A stretch of 64,000 nucleotides of DNA from the human T2T-CHM13v2.0 reference genome, Homo sapiens (GCF_009914755.1 NC_060927.1), one strand, 5' to 3'; positions 16,713 to 31,690 are shown, numbered from the stretch's first letter. The notes: generated by a model not told the origin, from the sequence alone. Translations and numbers: made by a program.

Positions 16713-18920
16713 TTCTTGCTTGTATAGCTGATCATTTACAGGCTTAATTTTTTGTGTTTTTATAATCTTGACTCTTTTTTTGCCATCAATTAGTCATGAA
16801 AATGGTGAATCAGATATTCAGAGTTCTGATTCTTTAATTTGCTTCTGGGAGACAGTCTTGTCAAGGCTTGGGACTGTTTCAAAAAACTGTAATTAAAAGA
16901 AGCTTACATCAAGACCAGGTACTAGACAAATGGACTTGAACATAGAAATCGACCTTTTTAAACGTCATTTGAGAAGAGGTGGGGAAGGCTGATAGCAAGG
17001 TAGATTAATACCTCAAACTCTCCCTGAACACTCTTTCTTCTTAAATGAGCAGAAGGAAACCAAATGTGACATCGGGGTGGTTGTTTCATCATGTTAAAAA
17101 AAAAACAACAATGTTTTTTTTTAGTAACTTGTTTTTGCAAATTTTAATATTTGAGGGTTTAATACACTTTACTAAGAATAATTCCATTATCCTTTTTTCT
17201 TGCTTTTTTCCCCTTATTACAAAAGTAATGGATTTTAATTTGGGAAAAATTATAAAACATAGAAGAGCAAAAAAAAAACAAGATGAAGAATAGCCTTTTG
17301 TTGACCTGCTTTCTTGATGACACAGGAGAAAAGACCCTTGAGTCACCATTTTATTAAAGAATATACTACACATTAGCTTTCTCCTTTTGGTTTGAGCATA
17401 ACATATAGATTTCTAAAAACTCAAGCCAAGAATGAACTCATGTTAAATAAAGAAATGAATATATTTTTCTTAGGGAAGCTAAGACCTCCTGAGAGTTTTC
17501 AACCAATTTCTAGTTTATGGTTTTCTTTTTCTCTATCTTAGGGACTATTGATGACAGAAAAAATTTAGTAAGCCTCTTAAATTTTATTTGTGCTCATCTT
17601 CAAAAACTGATTTTGAAATTACATTGAATTACGTAGACTAGAATTCGTGTATTATTGGTTCATTTGAAAACCACACATGTTCCCTCTGGTAGAATAGAGC
17701 TACCTTCCTGACACGTTTTCAATTATTTCCAGGGTTGAAAATGCTGCGCTTCTGGGAGAATGTGATGACATGCATGAAAGCACCCAAGACAGAGTCCTCA
17801 GCACCTACTAAGTGCTGAGCACATATCAAGTGCTGATAGTAGGCACATCACATTCAACTGTTGCTTATACTGCTGATGGCTTTTCCCTTGTGCTATTGTG
17901 GCTGAAAAGACTTACGCAGGAATCACAACTCATCCACTCTCTCTTTCCATTGCATGCTCTTTAAACCTCTACTAGTTTACAGACCTTCAAAGGACAGAAA
18001 TGACATATTTTTAACAGTAGATTAAGAGGAAGTGCTTTAATAAGAAGATAGCTGTTACACTGTGAGAATTGCTCAAGAAGTACATTTACAAGATAAATGT
18101 ATTGCTCATGTGGTTCTGTCTGCTTGAAGGCTATTTATGAATTACCAGGTGGCTCCAGCTAGATATTCCATAGCACTACATGACTACAAATAAACAAAAA
18201 TTGTCTCTGTGTTCATTGCTCTATCCCCAGAACTTAAAATCATTCCTGCTATGGTGGGAACGTGTCTTTTCATTTTCTTTCTTGGTTAATGGACTCACCA
18301 CCAAAGTCATCTTTGACTTCATCTTCTCCCTCACCCTCACCCTCGTATCCAATTGGTCACTGCATTCATCAAATCTGCCTGCAATATGTCTGGAGAATTA
18401 TTCCCTCATCCCTAGTCTTACTGTCCAAGAATAAATATACTCATTTTGTTGACAATATTTGGAATTCATCTCAGGACTGGGGGGCATGGGTATGTCCAGG
18501 ATGTCCAGGGAAACAGTAGAAAGAATAAGACAGAAAGTCCCTAGAAGCTGGATCTCTAACTTACTAATGTCTCCTGTGTAATGAAATGGAGCCCACGCCT
18601 GCCAAAGAATTTGTGAAACCATCAAGGACAGACTGTCTTGATCAGCTTTCCCTGAAGTATCATAGAACTCCAATTCTTCAGGATAGAATATGTATCAGGA
18701 AAAAAGGCACACAGGAAAAATAAGCTTGTGGAATTTGGGGTTAGACAAAATTAAGTCAAGGATTTCTTATAGTTTTTTATTTGCTTTTGTTGTACTGTGA
18801 AACTGTAAGGGTCAGTGATGGTACACAAATTTCTTAAACTTACTTGACAATACAGTCCCTTTCCCCAGACTCAGCTAAGAAGGCCTAGCAGGGAGAGAGC
18901 ATGGCCTAGTCAAAGCACTA

Positions 18921-19082
<162 letters not shown>

Positions 19083-19342
19083 ATAAGGCACTAAAATAAG
19101 TTCAGTATGTTAGAGGATAGATTACAGAGATTAGTCTGAACACAGAAGTGCTGCTGAGCGGGAGGCCAAGTCAGATCCTTTGAAGCCTTTAAAATGTGTT
19201 GTAAAATTTATCCTCATGTCAAGAAGAAGCCGCTGAGAAATCAGGCTGAGCAACCCTCAAATAGCGCAGCTTTTGGAGAAAGAGAAAATCACATTTGGGA
19301 AGGAAGTGATGGAGACCATCAATGCTGTAAAAAAGTAGATAA

Positions 19343-19465
19343 GCCAGATGCACTGGCATGTGCCTATAGTCCCAGCTACTAGGGAGACTGAGGCAGGAGG
19401 ATCACTTTATCCCAGAAGTTCAGGACCAGCTGGGCAACATAATGAGGCCCCATCTCAAAGTAAAA
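19343..19465 (+). mobile_element. FLAM/FRAM-type Alu monomer
   Basis: TGCCTATAGTCCCAGCTACTAGGGAGACTGAGGCAGGAGGATCAC; TSD-like AAAAAGTAGAT(A/G)AG on both sides. Confidence 0.85.
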
Positions 19466-20258
19466 AAAAGTAGATGAGCAGACAGAGAGCAACTAAAGAC
19501 ACTACATTTTATTTCATCATCCGTGAAACTTATATCATTGATTATGTCATAATTCTGTTATAATCAATACCATTATATCATAATCAATATTTTACTCTAC
19601 AAGGAATTTATATGGAAAAGTGACAAGAAGTTGTTTATATTTTTGTAATAATTATTTTGCATCGCAATAAAATCAATATCTTAAAAAGTCATATAAATTA
19701 CTTTTTGAACAATCCTTGTAGAGTATAAATATTTATGTTTAGAATCAATATGCTGCTATACAACAGTATTCCACTTAGAGTTTTTTAAATGTGAGAATTG
19801 GTGTTGTCTATTTTGAGACTATAAATTAAGTGACCATTGCTGACTTTAGAAATGTTTCTTTCTTTATAGAAAAAAAATCTCTTCAATCATCAAAATATCC
19901 CTGATGCTTTTATGATTAATTAATTTGGGAGAGGAGGATAGCAAAGAAACGCTAAGCTTAGAGGTCAATGAAGATTAGTGAGAAATTGATACAACATATC
20001 ACTAAGTGACAACAATGGAAGAAAACAGACTTAATTGAACAATTCTTTTCTATGCACTATTTTCAGGAACATATCTGTTCTATAAAGAGGAATACATTTG
20101 TTGCATAGGTGTTTATGTTATTTTAAATAAACTCTCAATAACATCACTTTGAATAAAATGTAGCCTCCTGACTAAATACCTCACAGCAGCATGGTTTCCA
20201 ATGACAGTCAAGGGTATTTAAATGCTTCCACTCATACTCCACCTTGTCATAAGATATC

Positions 20259-20616
20259 TGATACGGTTTGGCTCTGTGTCCCCACCCAAATCTCATCTTG
20301 TAGACTCCCACATGTTGTGGGAGGGACCTGGTGGGAGATGATTGAATCATGGGGATGGGTCTTTCCCATGCAGTTCTCGTGACAGTGAATGAGTCTCACA
20401 AGATCTGATGGTTTTAAAAATGGGAATTTCTCTGCACAAGCTTTTTTTCCCTGCCACCATCCACCTAAGATGTGACTTGCTCCTCCTTGCCTTCCACCAT
20501 GATCGTGAGGCTTCCGCAGCCACTTGAAACTATTAAGTTCAATTAAACCTCTTTCTTTTGTAAATTGCCCAGTCTTGGGTATGTTTTTATCAGCAGCATG
20601 AAAATGTACTAATATA
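20259..20616 (+). mobile_element. THE1 (MaLR) solo LTR
   Basis: TGATACGGTTTGGCTCTGTGTCCCCACCCAAATCTCATC ... ATTAAACCTCTTTC ... ACTAATATA; 5-bp TSD ATATC/ATGTC. Confidence 0.92.
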
Positions 20617-21759
20617 ATGTCCCTTTCTTGGTTTTGCTTGTCCTTTAATATTGAATTACCTTATCTTCCTTCTTCTCATGCTCTACCCAAGGTGAATCAG
20701 TTCATGGGTCCCATCTGTCTTCAGAGGGGGCTTTTTGACTTTTGCAATTGATTTACCTGGTTACCCTGTAACCTCACCTCTCCGATGGGCTCCAGAAAAG
20801 TTAGAATTTTGTAGATTATCCATCTTTTTCTTAATGTTAGTGTGACAATGACACTTTCTGTCAGCTTTCTATATTCCAAGAAGATGTGAGGGCTCTGTGG
20901 TTTTTGCATTAATATGCTTTGTATTATGGCCAGTGCAAACATTCAATGCATGTAACCAAGAGAGGTTTCAGAAAACAAAGCTTAGCCTCTATTTTTCTAC
21001 TCTGTTCTATTCATTTACTTTTATTTTCTATTATGTGCTATTCTGTGTCATTTTAAAATGCTGCTTATGACCCACTAAATTGATTTCACAATCCACTAAT
21101 TAGGTCATGAACTACAGTTTTTAAAACTTGGTCTGATAGAGGAGGCAGATGTATAAATGTATCATCACAATGTAATGTGTTAATTTCTACAATAGAGTAT
21201 GTACTTTACTGATATACATATTATATAAACAGGATTCTTATTTGAAAACAGTAGAGCCCAACTTCGACTAACTTAAGCAGCAAAATTATTTAATAGAGTA
21301 TGTATCACCCAACTCACATATTCAATAGAAAAATTAAATAACCTGCTTTTAAAATGTGAAGGATCCAGTAGAGGCCAAGTAGCTGAGAGTATGTTCAAGT
21401 CCACACCACAAGAACGTGCTTGTTATGACATTGTTGCTGGCAAAGTTTGCCCATCTTAATGGCTGAACTTTTGCCACTGCCATTGTTGCCACTATAAATA
21501 ATTTCTGAAGAGTCCCTGCATGTTTGTGTCAATTTAAAGTCCTGAGTGGGAGTGTCAGCTTGGCTGAGTCTAGGTCCCCTACCTGCTCTCTACTTTCCAC
21601 AGGTGGGTGGGGGGAATATTTAATTCCCTGGGCTTCCATGAGGGAAAATTTACCTCAAAATGAAAAGATGGCCAAAACATGTCCACCACTCTGTATACTA
21701 TAGTTACTAATATTCTTTTATAAAAAATAAAATTCTATTATTTCCATTGCTTTAATTAC

Positions 21760-22290
21760 TACTTATACATGCTTGACTCCTGAACTTATGTCTCCAATCC
21801 ATTTTTTTTTCTCTCTGAGCTCCAGGTCTGAAATACACAACTGACATCCCCATTTAGGTCTCAGGAGCTTCTCCAATTTAATCATGTCTCAACAGATCCA
21901 TGAGTGACCTCATAATCTTTCCCACAACACTTCCACATTTGGTATCCTGATGACTAGCACTTCTATCCGTCTATTCACACAAGCCAGAATTTTGAAGTTA
22001 TTCTTCAAAATAAGAATGAATAAGAGGAAATTAGGAAGAGTTTCTTCCCTCACCATATATCTGATTTATCAATTATTATTGATTTCATTTCTCAAGTGTC
22101 TCTGAAATCTACTTGCCTCTCTTCTTCTCCGACATCACCTTCCATATCCAGACTACCAGATTCTCACCAACTACCAGGCTAATTCATCACCTACACCTGT
22201 TCTAGCTCCTCTCTTCTACATTCACACATAAATCTTTTTAAAACACAAATCTGACCATGTCATTCTCATTGCTTAAAAATCATTCCATGG
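21760..22290 (+). mobile_element. L2 LINE relic
   Basis: CTCTCTGAGCTCCAG...AAAACACAAATCTGACCATGTCATTCTC...CTTAAAA L2-type motifs. Confidence 0.6.
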
Positions 22291-22809
22291 CTTATAGGAA
22301 CCCTTGATTGGAATAAGAGAAATCTTTTCTATTATACAGATTTTATTATAGACTCCATTATATAGTTCCAAAACAGAGGAATTCAGAAGGAAAATGTGCA
22401 TCTAAGATATGGCAACCCTTTGAGCAAATAGCTAGTTGCAGTGTGATGGTGTTTTTTCAGTATTTTTTGTAGAGAGTAGAGTGGGAGAGTCTCCCAGAAC
22501 ATGGATCACCAATGTATTCAACTCTCCCATGTAATTAAAATGACTTCACTCATGATAAATCTCTTTGAGTTACCCACGTGTATGAATTTAATATTTTGAT
22601 TCTCAAAGTTGTAGGCTTGTTTATAAGTTCCACGAAGTCAGGGACAGTCTGTTTTATTCACCCAGTTGGTAGGGAGGCAGAGTCTGTTAGCAAAAGGCGA
22701 AGAGAGGGAAGGCGTTCTGGGTAGAGAAAGTTAATTTGGCAGTGTGGATGTGTGCCGAACATAGGTCTCCAATAACACAATCCCTTCAATAATTCCTTGA
22801 GGCAGTTTT

Positions 22810-23395
22810 GGGATGTGTTATTTTAACTAATGTAGAATTTCATCCCCCAAAATTCCCTTTCCTGTATGACTCTAGGTTAGGGTTGGCCACAAGAGATATT
22901 TGCATGAGATTCGGAAAGTGAAGAAGCAAGGTCAGTGTAGGTCACCACCTATCACTGCTGCTTGCACACATCGTCACTAATCTGCTGTCTCACCTTGTTG
23001 GCGTGGGGCCACAGCCAGCCCTCAGCTCCTCCAGCTTCGCAAGATCTCCTTCAGTTCCTCCAAGTCCCAAGCCAGGTGCATATGCCGCAATGTAGCAAAA
23101 AGCGTTAGCATTTTCTGCAGATCACCTGTGTCATCAAAGTTGGAGGTGGTAAGGAACTGATGCGGATTCCAGTTTTTTTCCTCTCTCTCCTGCTTTATAT
23201 CCAGCTTTGCTTCCCTACTATCAGCTCCACTGACCTGCTGACACTTCAGGCCCACCAACAGATGCAGGGGCAACAAACCTTTCATAGACTTTTTACCAGA
23301 CCTCACAACTGTGTAAGATCAAATTCCTATAATAAATCACTTATTCCACATCATTAATAGTAGTCTGCTTCCCTGATGGGACCCTGACTGACATA
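22810..23395 (+). mobile_element. ERVL-class LTR relic (LTR33/LTR41-like, tentative)
   Basis: AATAAA near 23331 followed by CTGCTTCCCTGATGGGACCCTGACTGACA, an LTR-type 3' end. Confidence 0.45.
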
Positions 23396-23531
23396 TTCCT
23401 ACATAGCATTTCACCTAGAACTCTTTTAAATAATTCACTTTACTGGATGATTCTATCCAGAGACAAATGCCAATGCATTGCCCTCACAAGAGGCCAGTTC
23501 CAGAGGTGAGATCATATTTAAAGCAGTACCC

Positions 23532-23864
23532 CAGGCGTTCCCAGCCCCTGGGCCATGAACGAGTACTGGTCCATGGCCCATTAGGAACCAGGCCACACAG
23601 CAGGATGTGAGCAAGTATTACCACCTGAGCTCTGCCTCTTGTCAGATCAGCGGAAGCATTAGATTCTCACAGGAGCACAAACCCTGTTGTGAACTGCACA
23701 CGTGAGAGATCTAGGTTGTGCGCTCCTTATGAGAATCTAACTGGTGCCTGATGATCTGAGGTGGAACAGTTTCACCCTGAAGCCATCCCACCCCCAACCC
23801 CATCCTTGGAAAAACTGTCTTCCATGAAACCGGTCCCTAGTGCCAAAAAATTCGGGGACCACTG
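23532..23864 (+). mobile_element. MER1B hAT-Charlie element
   Basis: CAGGCGTTCCCAGCCCCTGGGCC ... GCATTAGATTCTCACAGGAGC ... GCCAAAAAATTCGGGGACCACTG. Confidence 0.85.
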
Positions 23865-24014
23865 TAGTACAGTATAGCTGTAGCTAAGAGAATGGTCTCA
23901 AATGTCAAGGAGATCCGGGTTTAAATTCAAGATCAGCTATTTCCATGGTGAACTTGGGTCTCTCCCTTAACTTCTATGAGGCTTAGTTCTTTCATTAGTA
24001 AATAGAGACAATAA

Positions 24015-24663
24015 CACTATTAGGGTTCTCCAGAGAAAAAGAACATATGTGTATATGAGATATATACATATATGTGATATATATGAGATATCTATGTCCT
24101 TATGTATGATATGTGTATATATGCATATATAATTGTGATATGTAAACATATAGTTTATATATGATTATTTATATAATTATAAATATAGATGATTTATCAT
24201 AATAAATAAATAATATATAACACATATGATTTATTATAAAGAACTGGCTGACATGATTATGGGGGCTGAAAAGTTCCACAATCATCTGTCTGAAGCTGGA
24301 GATGCAGTCCAGATGAAGACGGAGAACCAGTTGTGTAATTCCATCCAAGTCAGAAGGCCTGAGAACCAGAAGAGCCAATAGTGTAAGTTCCGGTCTGAAT
24401 GCAGAAGACTGATGTCCCAGCTTGAAAACAGTCAGGCAGAGAGAATGAATTCTCTCTTACCTCACTTTTTATTCTATTCAGGCCTCTATCAGATTGAATG
24501 AGGCCTGCTCACATTGGGGAGGGCAATCTGCATTACTCAGTCTACCAGTTCAAATGTTAGTCTCATCCAGAAACACCCTCACAGATACCCAGAATAATAT
24601 TTAACCAACTATCTAAGGCACTGCCTGTCCCAGTCAAGTTGACACATAAAATTAACCATCACA
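24015..24663 (-). mobile_element. MLT2 (HERV-L) solo LTR with TA-rich expansion, nested in a MIR
   Basis: TATTAGGGTTCTCCAGAGAAA ... CCAGTCAAGTTGACACATAAAATTAACCATCACA; MIR-like sequence on both sides (23875-24010, 24665-24730). Confidence 0.85.
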
Positions 24664-24892
24664 GACACCTACCTCACAACATTGTTGTAAGATTTGAGTA
24701 AACACAAGATACATTAAGCACCTAGAATTGTAAGGGGAACAAAGTAAATTAATAAATTGTAACTATTATAAAAGAAGAAACATATCAATGTAATAAAGGG
24801 ATATTTTCTTTTGTAAGGAGTAAAGGGATATTTTCTTTTGTTGGGTAATGAACTAGAATCATTGGCTGAGTTTTCCACTAATGTATCTCTTT

Positions 24893-25199
24893 TCTTTTTC
24901 TTTTTCTTTTCTTTTTTTTTGAGACAGAGTCTCACTCTGTCACCCAGGCTTCAGTGCAGTGGTGTGATCTCAGCTCACTGCAACCTCCGCCTCCCTAGTT
25001 CAAGCAATTCTCCTGCCTCAGCCTCCTGAGTAGCTGGAATTACAGGTGCGTGCCACCGCACCAGGCTAATTTTTGTATTTTTAGTAGAAACGGGTTTCAC
25101 CATGTTGGTCAGGCTGGTCTCGAACTCCTGACCTCGTGATCCACCTGCCTCAGCCTCCCAAAGTGCTGGGATTACAGGCATGAGCCACCGCACCTGGCC
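24893..25199 (-). mobile_element. AluS (Sg-like)
   Basis: Full dimer; 14-bp TSD TAATGTATCTCTTT at 24879-24892 and 25200-25213. Confidence 0.95.
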
Positions 25200-28100
25200 T
25201 AATGTATCTCTTTAAAGAATATCCTTATATATTTTTTGAATAACGTAAGAGTCAAGTGATTTTTCCTTAGCCTTCATTATCATATAAGAATGAGCTCTAT
25301 GATGACACACAGTAGAGAGGGGGTTGTGAAAACCACAGACCAGAGGAGGTGGAGAGCTAAAGGACCTGTTTCCAGTTGGCAATACACATGGTTGATGAAA
25401 TGGAACCAACACTGGTAAGAATGGACACAAGTTCTTATCCTGTCACGTGACAGATGAGGCTTGGAACCCCACTTCAGGAAAGATGCATGCCTCTGCGCTA
25501 TTTCATTCAGTGAGCTCAATGAGGAAAATTTTCCACATGCTTGGCGTTTTCTTTTTTTGGATCTTGTTTGTAGAATGCTGTCTGCCCTTATCCAAGCTGC
25601 TGATTGCTTATTAAAGACGTAAGGAGGAGCAGAGCTCTCCCTGTGGGGGCACCAGCCCAACCCTCAGAGAGTTCTCATCAGCCCAAGGAGGAAGATGCTC
25701 TACAACAATGCATTGCCCTGACATTTGGTTGAAGGACATTTGTGGTTCTGTAGAATACCCGAGGGTACTATTGTGCTGCAGAGAGATACGAGTGGTTTTC
25801 TTCCGACAAAGAGAGAAGAGAGGATTTCAGGCCAAGTTTAGGCTTTGGTACAAACTAATTAAAAAGCAACCACAAAGAAGAGAGGAAAGAATCCTAATCA
25901 ATGTGACTCTGAGGAATTTATCCTTTTTAATTGCGTTGCAATGTGGCTGGTTCTGTAGAAGAAAATAATGCTTCATACTTCACTATCATGAAATTTTAAC
26001 ACATACTTATGTGCATTTTTATGAAGAAAGTCATTTTTAATAATATATTTTAAGGATAGAATTAAATAACGGCTCTGACTCCAAAATTCAATAGCCTTAG
26101 GTTACCATAAGAAAGATAATAAAATATTCATTTCTTTGTAATTAGTATGAGTTAGAGGTAAAATGAGAAAAAAGTCCTATAGCTTTGAAGTACTGGTTTG
26201 AGAAAGATGTTCTCTACAAAAGTGGGAGACTAAATGGCACTGTGTTTAATAAAGACCAGAAGTTCATAAAACATGGCTACTTCACTAATCTGCTTTCCAA
26301 ACTTCAATTTGTCTGTAGGCAAATACGGCCATTAGTGGCCACCCTTTTTAATCACATATTTTACTACATATGCTCTCTGTTTATTTTAGATTTCACATAG
26401 CCTACAGTTCAAAGGCAGAAGTTCTTTGAAAGCTAACCTATATTATCCTCCCACAAAAGTGTTTGAAATTATGGCTCTGTTATTTACATCCACCATGAAG
26501 ATAAAGTTCTTTATCTTTTCTGAGTTATGAGCCCCTTTGAAAATTTGATAAAAGACATAGATATCATCTCTAGAATAAAAAGCCCCTGCACAATTTGAAG
26601 ATACACCCTAAATTTGCATGTAATACCCAGGAGTTCAAGGACTCCTTAAAGCACGTCTTTGGACTCCAGCTTGAGAGCCACTGATTGAGAGGGTGGATGG
26701 TTATTTCCAACTTGGCATGGATACAGGAAGTTTAGTGGAGATTTGAGATAAGAAATAAATTAAATGACTTTTTGAGTATTTTAGATTTAAATATTCACAG
26801 GCTAGTTTAAAAATAAATTTCCAGAATACTGAACATACCCATGTCCAAATATAATTTTAAAAGGATCATTTCTTGATACCATATTTCTAAAGAGCAAATT
26901 GGTAATATATATTAAGTGACTTAACAATCTTCATTGATTTTGACTCAGCCATTATAATTTCAGAAATCTGCTCTAAGGAAATATTCAGAGATGTGAACAA
27001 AGACATATGTCTAAGTAAGTGTGTCACACTATTATTATTAGAACAAGAACTTGAAAACAACTTAGATGTTTAGGAGGGGAAAAGCAACAGGTAAATAAAT
27101 TAATTTCATTTGTGTAATAAATTATTTACAGCTGTCAAAAATTTGTGTTTTTATAAGAATATTTAATGGCATGGGCAACTACTTAAAATCTAATGTCAAG
27201 TTAAAATGGATAGAAATGATTTCTATTATCTAAATGAGGAAATTAAAAATTAATGAGAGTGGGTTTTAAAACTCTATGTGTGTGGGAATGGTGTTCATTA
27301 ATTGAAGAAACCAATAATCATTTTATGCCTACTACGTGCTAGGTACTATTCTCTGCATATATCAAAGTAACATGTATTATTAGAAAAAAATAAAACAAAA
27401 ATAAAACCCATATGTTTGATCTATAATAGCCATACGATACTTGGAATTTCTCTCACACTGATTTCCTGTGTATGTTTTATTTTTTCACTATGATGCAACC
27501 TCTTGTAGGTAAAGGATTCCATTTAATTCACATTTATTGGGTATTTCTTTGAGTTGGGTGCTGTTGTAGGTGCTGAACTTGTCCACCATTTTAAAAGTTC
27601 TCAGCAATATTCAAAGTCTTGTAGAGTGCTTTCTAAATTCTTGTTGAATTAAATTCTAATGACAAAGAAATACATTTGGGTATTAACAAAATGAGATGAA
27701 TCCTAAATCTTCCTTTCAGTAATTGTGAGACAGTAGATACCTTACTTTTATAAGCATGTTTCTTTAAAAAAAAAAAAAAAAACAAACAACAAAACCCAAG
27801 TAGCTAATATTACCTACCTTAAAGTGCTGACGACAGAATTAAAGTTTTGCATATGTCTTTCATAGTATTAAGCAAATAGTTGACCTTAATGAGTGTTTCT
27901 TTTCCATTCTTTATCTATAGATTGAATCATATAAAACTGGTGATATTCAGTCATTTTTTTACCTACAAAAGTGGCAGTTTTGTATGCTCAATCTAATAAT
28001 TAATAATTAACTATAATATACAGCAGAACCCCTGATAAATTATATGAAAAAGTATAGCTGTGGATTGGATCTGATATAATTACAATGAATTAATTCAACA

Positions 28101-28479
28101 AAATTCTGAGAATTAAAGATGTTGCTTAATTTTAACCTGGATAACAGTCATATTAGTCATGTTTTAAAATTAAAAGAGCAATGAAATCTAGGAGAGATGA
28201 ACAACTGAGGGCTGGGGGAGGGCTTATTAACTAAAATTGGAATCCCAAATGTCCTATAAGAAAAGTCAGACTTATTTGACCACATGAATCTTTTTAAAAA
28301 TCATATGAAAAATAGAATAAACAATGTTTATTTATTGATTAATTGATTAATTTCCTTTCTTTTATCACTAGAATATGTGTCCGAGAGAAGATATTTTTGT
28401 GTATTTTTTTACTGTTGAATCCTCAGTACATAGAAAAATGTCTGATACATAGTAGGTATAATTACAAAAAATTACTATA

Positions 28480-29400
28480 AACGAAGTCAACCAACAGATA
28501 ATAGATGTGGGACAAATGTTTGCAACAAGGGAACATATTAATATTTCTAAGGCAAAAGGGTTAGGAAAGTTAACAAGAAAGAGACATACAACTCAACAGG
28601 AAAATGGGAGAACCCAAATGTCCGAGGAACATATGAAAATATTATCAAACTAATTCACTGCATTACCACTTAAGACTGGCAAAAGTGGAAAAGGATGACA
28701 ACCTCTGTTGTTGACAGCGATACTGGGGAAAGGGTACTATCATAGGAGGCTGGTGAGAAGGTAAATTGCCTTTGGTGTTGTTGGAATGCAATCTGTTGTT
28801 ATTTGTCAAAATTTAAAATGCATATATATTTTGACTCACAAATACTTCTTTTAGGTATCTGTCCCATAGAAATGAAAGCACAAGGATATTTAGGACAGCA
28901 TTATTTTATGGGTACAAAAGAAAACAAGTAGAAACAGTATGATTGCCCATCAATAGGAGAGTCATTGAATAAATTACAACATATTGCAGTATAAAGTGTT
29001 ACACAGTTGTTAGAAAGAGTTATTGTCGAGTAAGAAAAAGCAAGATTTAAAAATATGTGTATGTTCAAATTTTTGCAAGATAATGACAAAACCTCTCTAT
29101 GTGTATACTTATATTCATATATACATTATAAATATGTATATACAATATGTATAGTGGTTTTTTATGAATACAAGCATAAATAATAATATGAAAGTATATA
29201 CAGTAAGTTGTTAATATGGATAACTTTTGTGTCTATGAGGAAAGAATATAGATTGAGAGGGAGGTATATGGGAAAGGAAAAGCTAAACCAAAATACAATA
29301 CTGCATTAAAAAATTGTATGTATGATATGATCACACTTATTGAATTTATGTAAAATTATATGCAAGTATATGTATGTGTAAATATTTTAGAAGAAAAAAA
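28480..29400 (+). mobile_element. Ancient L1ME-like 3' fragment
   Basis: TCAAAATTTAAAATGCATATATATTTTGACTCAC...TGCCCATCAATAGGAGAGTCATTGAATAAATTA; a similar relic lies at ~26890-27220. Confidence 0.55.
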
Positions 29401-30004
29401 TTACAAACAGAACAAGAAAAGGGAGTTTTGCTGAGCCACAGCCATTTCAGTGCAGCCTACATGTCTTGGTGCGGCCATAAAAAAAAACACTATAATACAG
29501 CATTGGAAATGGGAAATAATATAAGGCAAGACTGCCAAGCCCATTCTGAGGCGGGATGGAGAGGGATGCAATTCCACCGTTAGATAAATCAAAATGAGTT
29601 AAGTAAACCCAAGGAACTTGCTCCTAGAAACCATAAAAAAGTCAACAGGGAATTATTAGTAGAAAAAAATGCAAGTAGAAAATAATAAAAACCACCACTG
29701 TGAAGCACATTTGTTAGAAGCTGAATTCAAGCCTCTAGTTGACCTTCATAACAAAGAAGCCCTAAAGAGAAGCAGAAGACTTGAACTATAGTGTGTAAGA
29801 TATAGTTCTGATCTGATAGTATCAGATGTCTAAGTTATGTTCAAGCTCTGAAAGTCCTTGATTCTAGAATGCAATGGGGATGATCAAACATTCATTATTC
29901 ATACAATCATGAATTTTGGAGCCAGACAGGCCTTGAAGGATATATCCAGTAGTAGGTCCAAAAGGTTGGGTTTTTTTTTTTAACATTTTTTAAATGATTT
30001 TTGT

Positions 30005-30480
30005 TGCATTTTATTTATTTCTTTTTAATTTTTGATTGACAAATAATTAGATGTATGTATTATCAGGGTACATGTGATATATTGATGCATTCATATAATC
30101 AAATCAGAATAATTGGAATATCTATCACCTTATATATTTATCTTCTCTTTCTGCTAGGAATGTTCAAATTATTCTCTTCTAGCTATTTTGAACTGTACAA
30201 TCAGTTAATGTTAACCATGGTCACCCTACTGATCTATGAAACACCAGATCTTATTTCTTCTATCTAAGCATATATTTGTACCCATTAATCAAACTCTCTT
30301 CATCACCCTCTCCCTCTTATGCTTTCCGGCTTCTGGTAACCACCAATCTACTCTCTATTGTCATGAGATCCATTTTTTCAAGTTCCCACATATGAGTAAG
30401 AACATGTGATATTTGTCTTTCTGTGCTTGGCTTATTTCACTTAACATAATGACCTCCAGTTCCATCCATGATGCTGGAAA
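30005..30480 (-). mobile_element. L1MA-type 3' end
   Basis: GTTCCCACATATGAGTAAGAACATGTGATATTTGTCTTTCTGTGCTTGGCTTATTTCACTTAACATAATGACCTCCAGTTCCATCCATG. Confidence 0.85.
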
Positions 30481-31359
30481 TGTTTATTGCATTTTAAAAA
30501 CACATAAAAACTTACCATTTTAACAATTTGTAAGTGTAATTTAGTGGCATTAAGTACTGAGTTAAGAATATGAGCTATATTCCTGTGTCAAAGAATTTTT
30601 AAAAATTGGTCCATTGGGGGAAACTAGATGAAGGTACACAGGACCTCTTTGTATTATCTTTGCAACTTCCTGTAAATTAATAATTATTCCCAAATTACTT
30701 TTTTTTTCAAATGGGCTTCCTGTGTGTTCTTTAGGGGATTCCTTGCAGGTACAGGAGAAGCTGCATGAGCAGAATTCCAGGTATGCTCTCTACCATGCAC
30801 CTTCGCTGAGAGTAGCTCCACTTTATCTCTTTCACACGTTGCGCTTCTATATGAGAATTTTGAAAGTTCATGTTAAGAAATGTTCCCATTACAAAAAACA
30901 GTTTTGAAGCTACTACTCATTCTGTCCATTTATTTTACTGATTATGAGAGATGAATTTAGTTTTCCAAGGTTAATAAGCTAATAAATGGCAGGGCTAGGA
31001 CACGAATTCAGATCTTTTGACTTTAAGTCTAGTTCTTTCTTTACTATACCATACTGTTTCTATTGAAATAAAAAGATTTTTGTTTTCATTCCTGACTCTG
31101 TCACCATTGATTATAACTTAAAATGAACATCTTCTGATAGCAACACAGGTAATGTGCATATTATAGACATGGAGGAGTTAAGAATAGACCTGAAAACTCA
31201 GAAACTTAGGATTTCAAATTCCAACATCTTCATGTTTGTAACCTTGATCAAATAAATGTGTGTGCATATGCCTTAGTCTCCTGGAAGGATATGCAATGAA
31301 AGATAATATACCTGGCCTGGGTCTCAGAAATTTAAGAGAAAAGTAAACAAATCTCTGCA

Positions 31360-31690
31360 TTTCAATTCAATTCAATGTTCAATTTCAATTCAGCAAATAT
31401 TTAGTAAGTGTCTACTAAGTGCCAGAAACTATGTTAGACACTGGAAATGCAATGGTAAAGAGAAAATGACATGGTCTTTGCTCTCATGAGCTTACTACCT
31501 GTGAGGTTAAAATATAGTCATTAACCCAATAAGAAAACCTAATGAATATATATTTCAAAGTGAATTAAAGAAGAAAGAGAAAGAAAAAGAAACATCACAA
31601 GAGAAAGTGACCTAAAATTGGTCAAGGCAAGCTTCCCTGAAGAAGTCATGTTTGAACTGAATCTATAGAATGAGTAAGTGTTAATTGGAC
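31360..31690 (-). mobile_element. L2 3' end
   Basis: (TTCAA)n tail then CAAATATTTAGTAAGTGTCTACTAAGTGCCAG...CTCTCATGAGCTTAC. Confidence 0.7.

Noticed and set aside
24040-24240. AT-rich quasi-periodic tract
   Set aside because: Degenerate (TA)n expansion at the usual position inside MLT2 LTRs.
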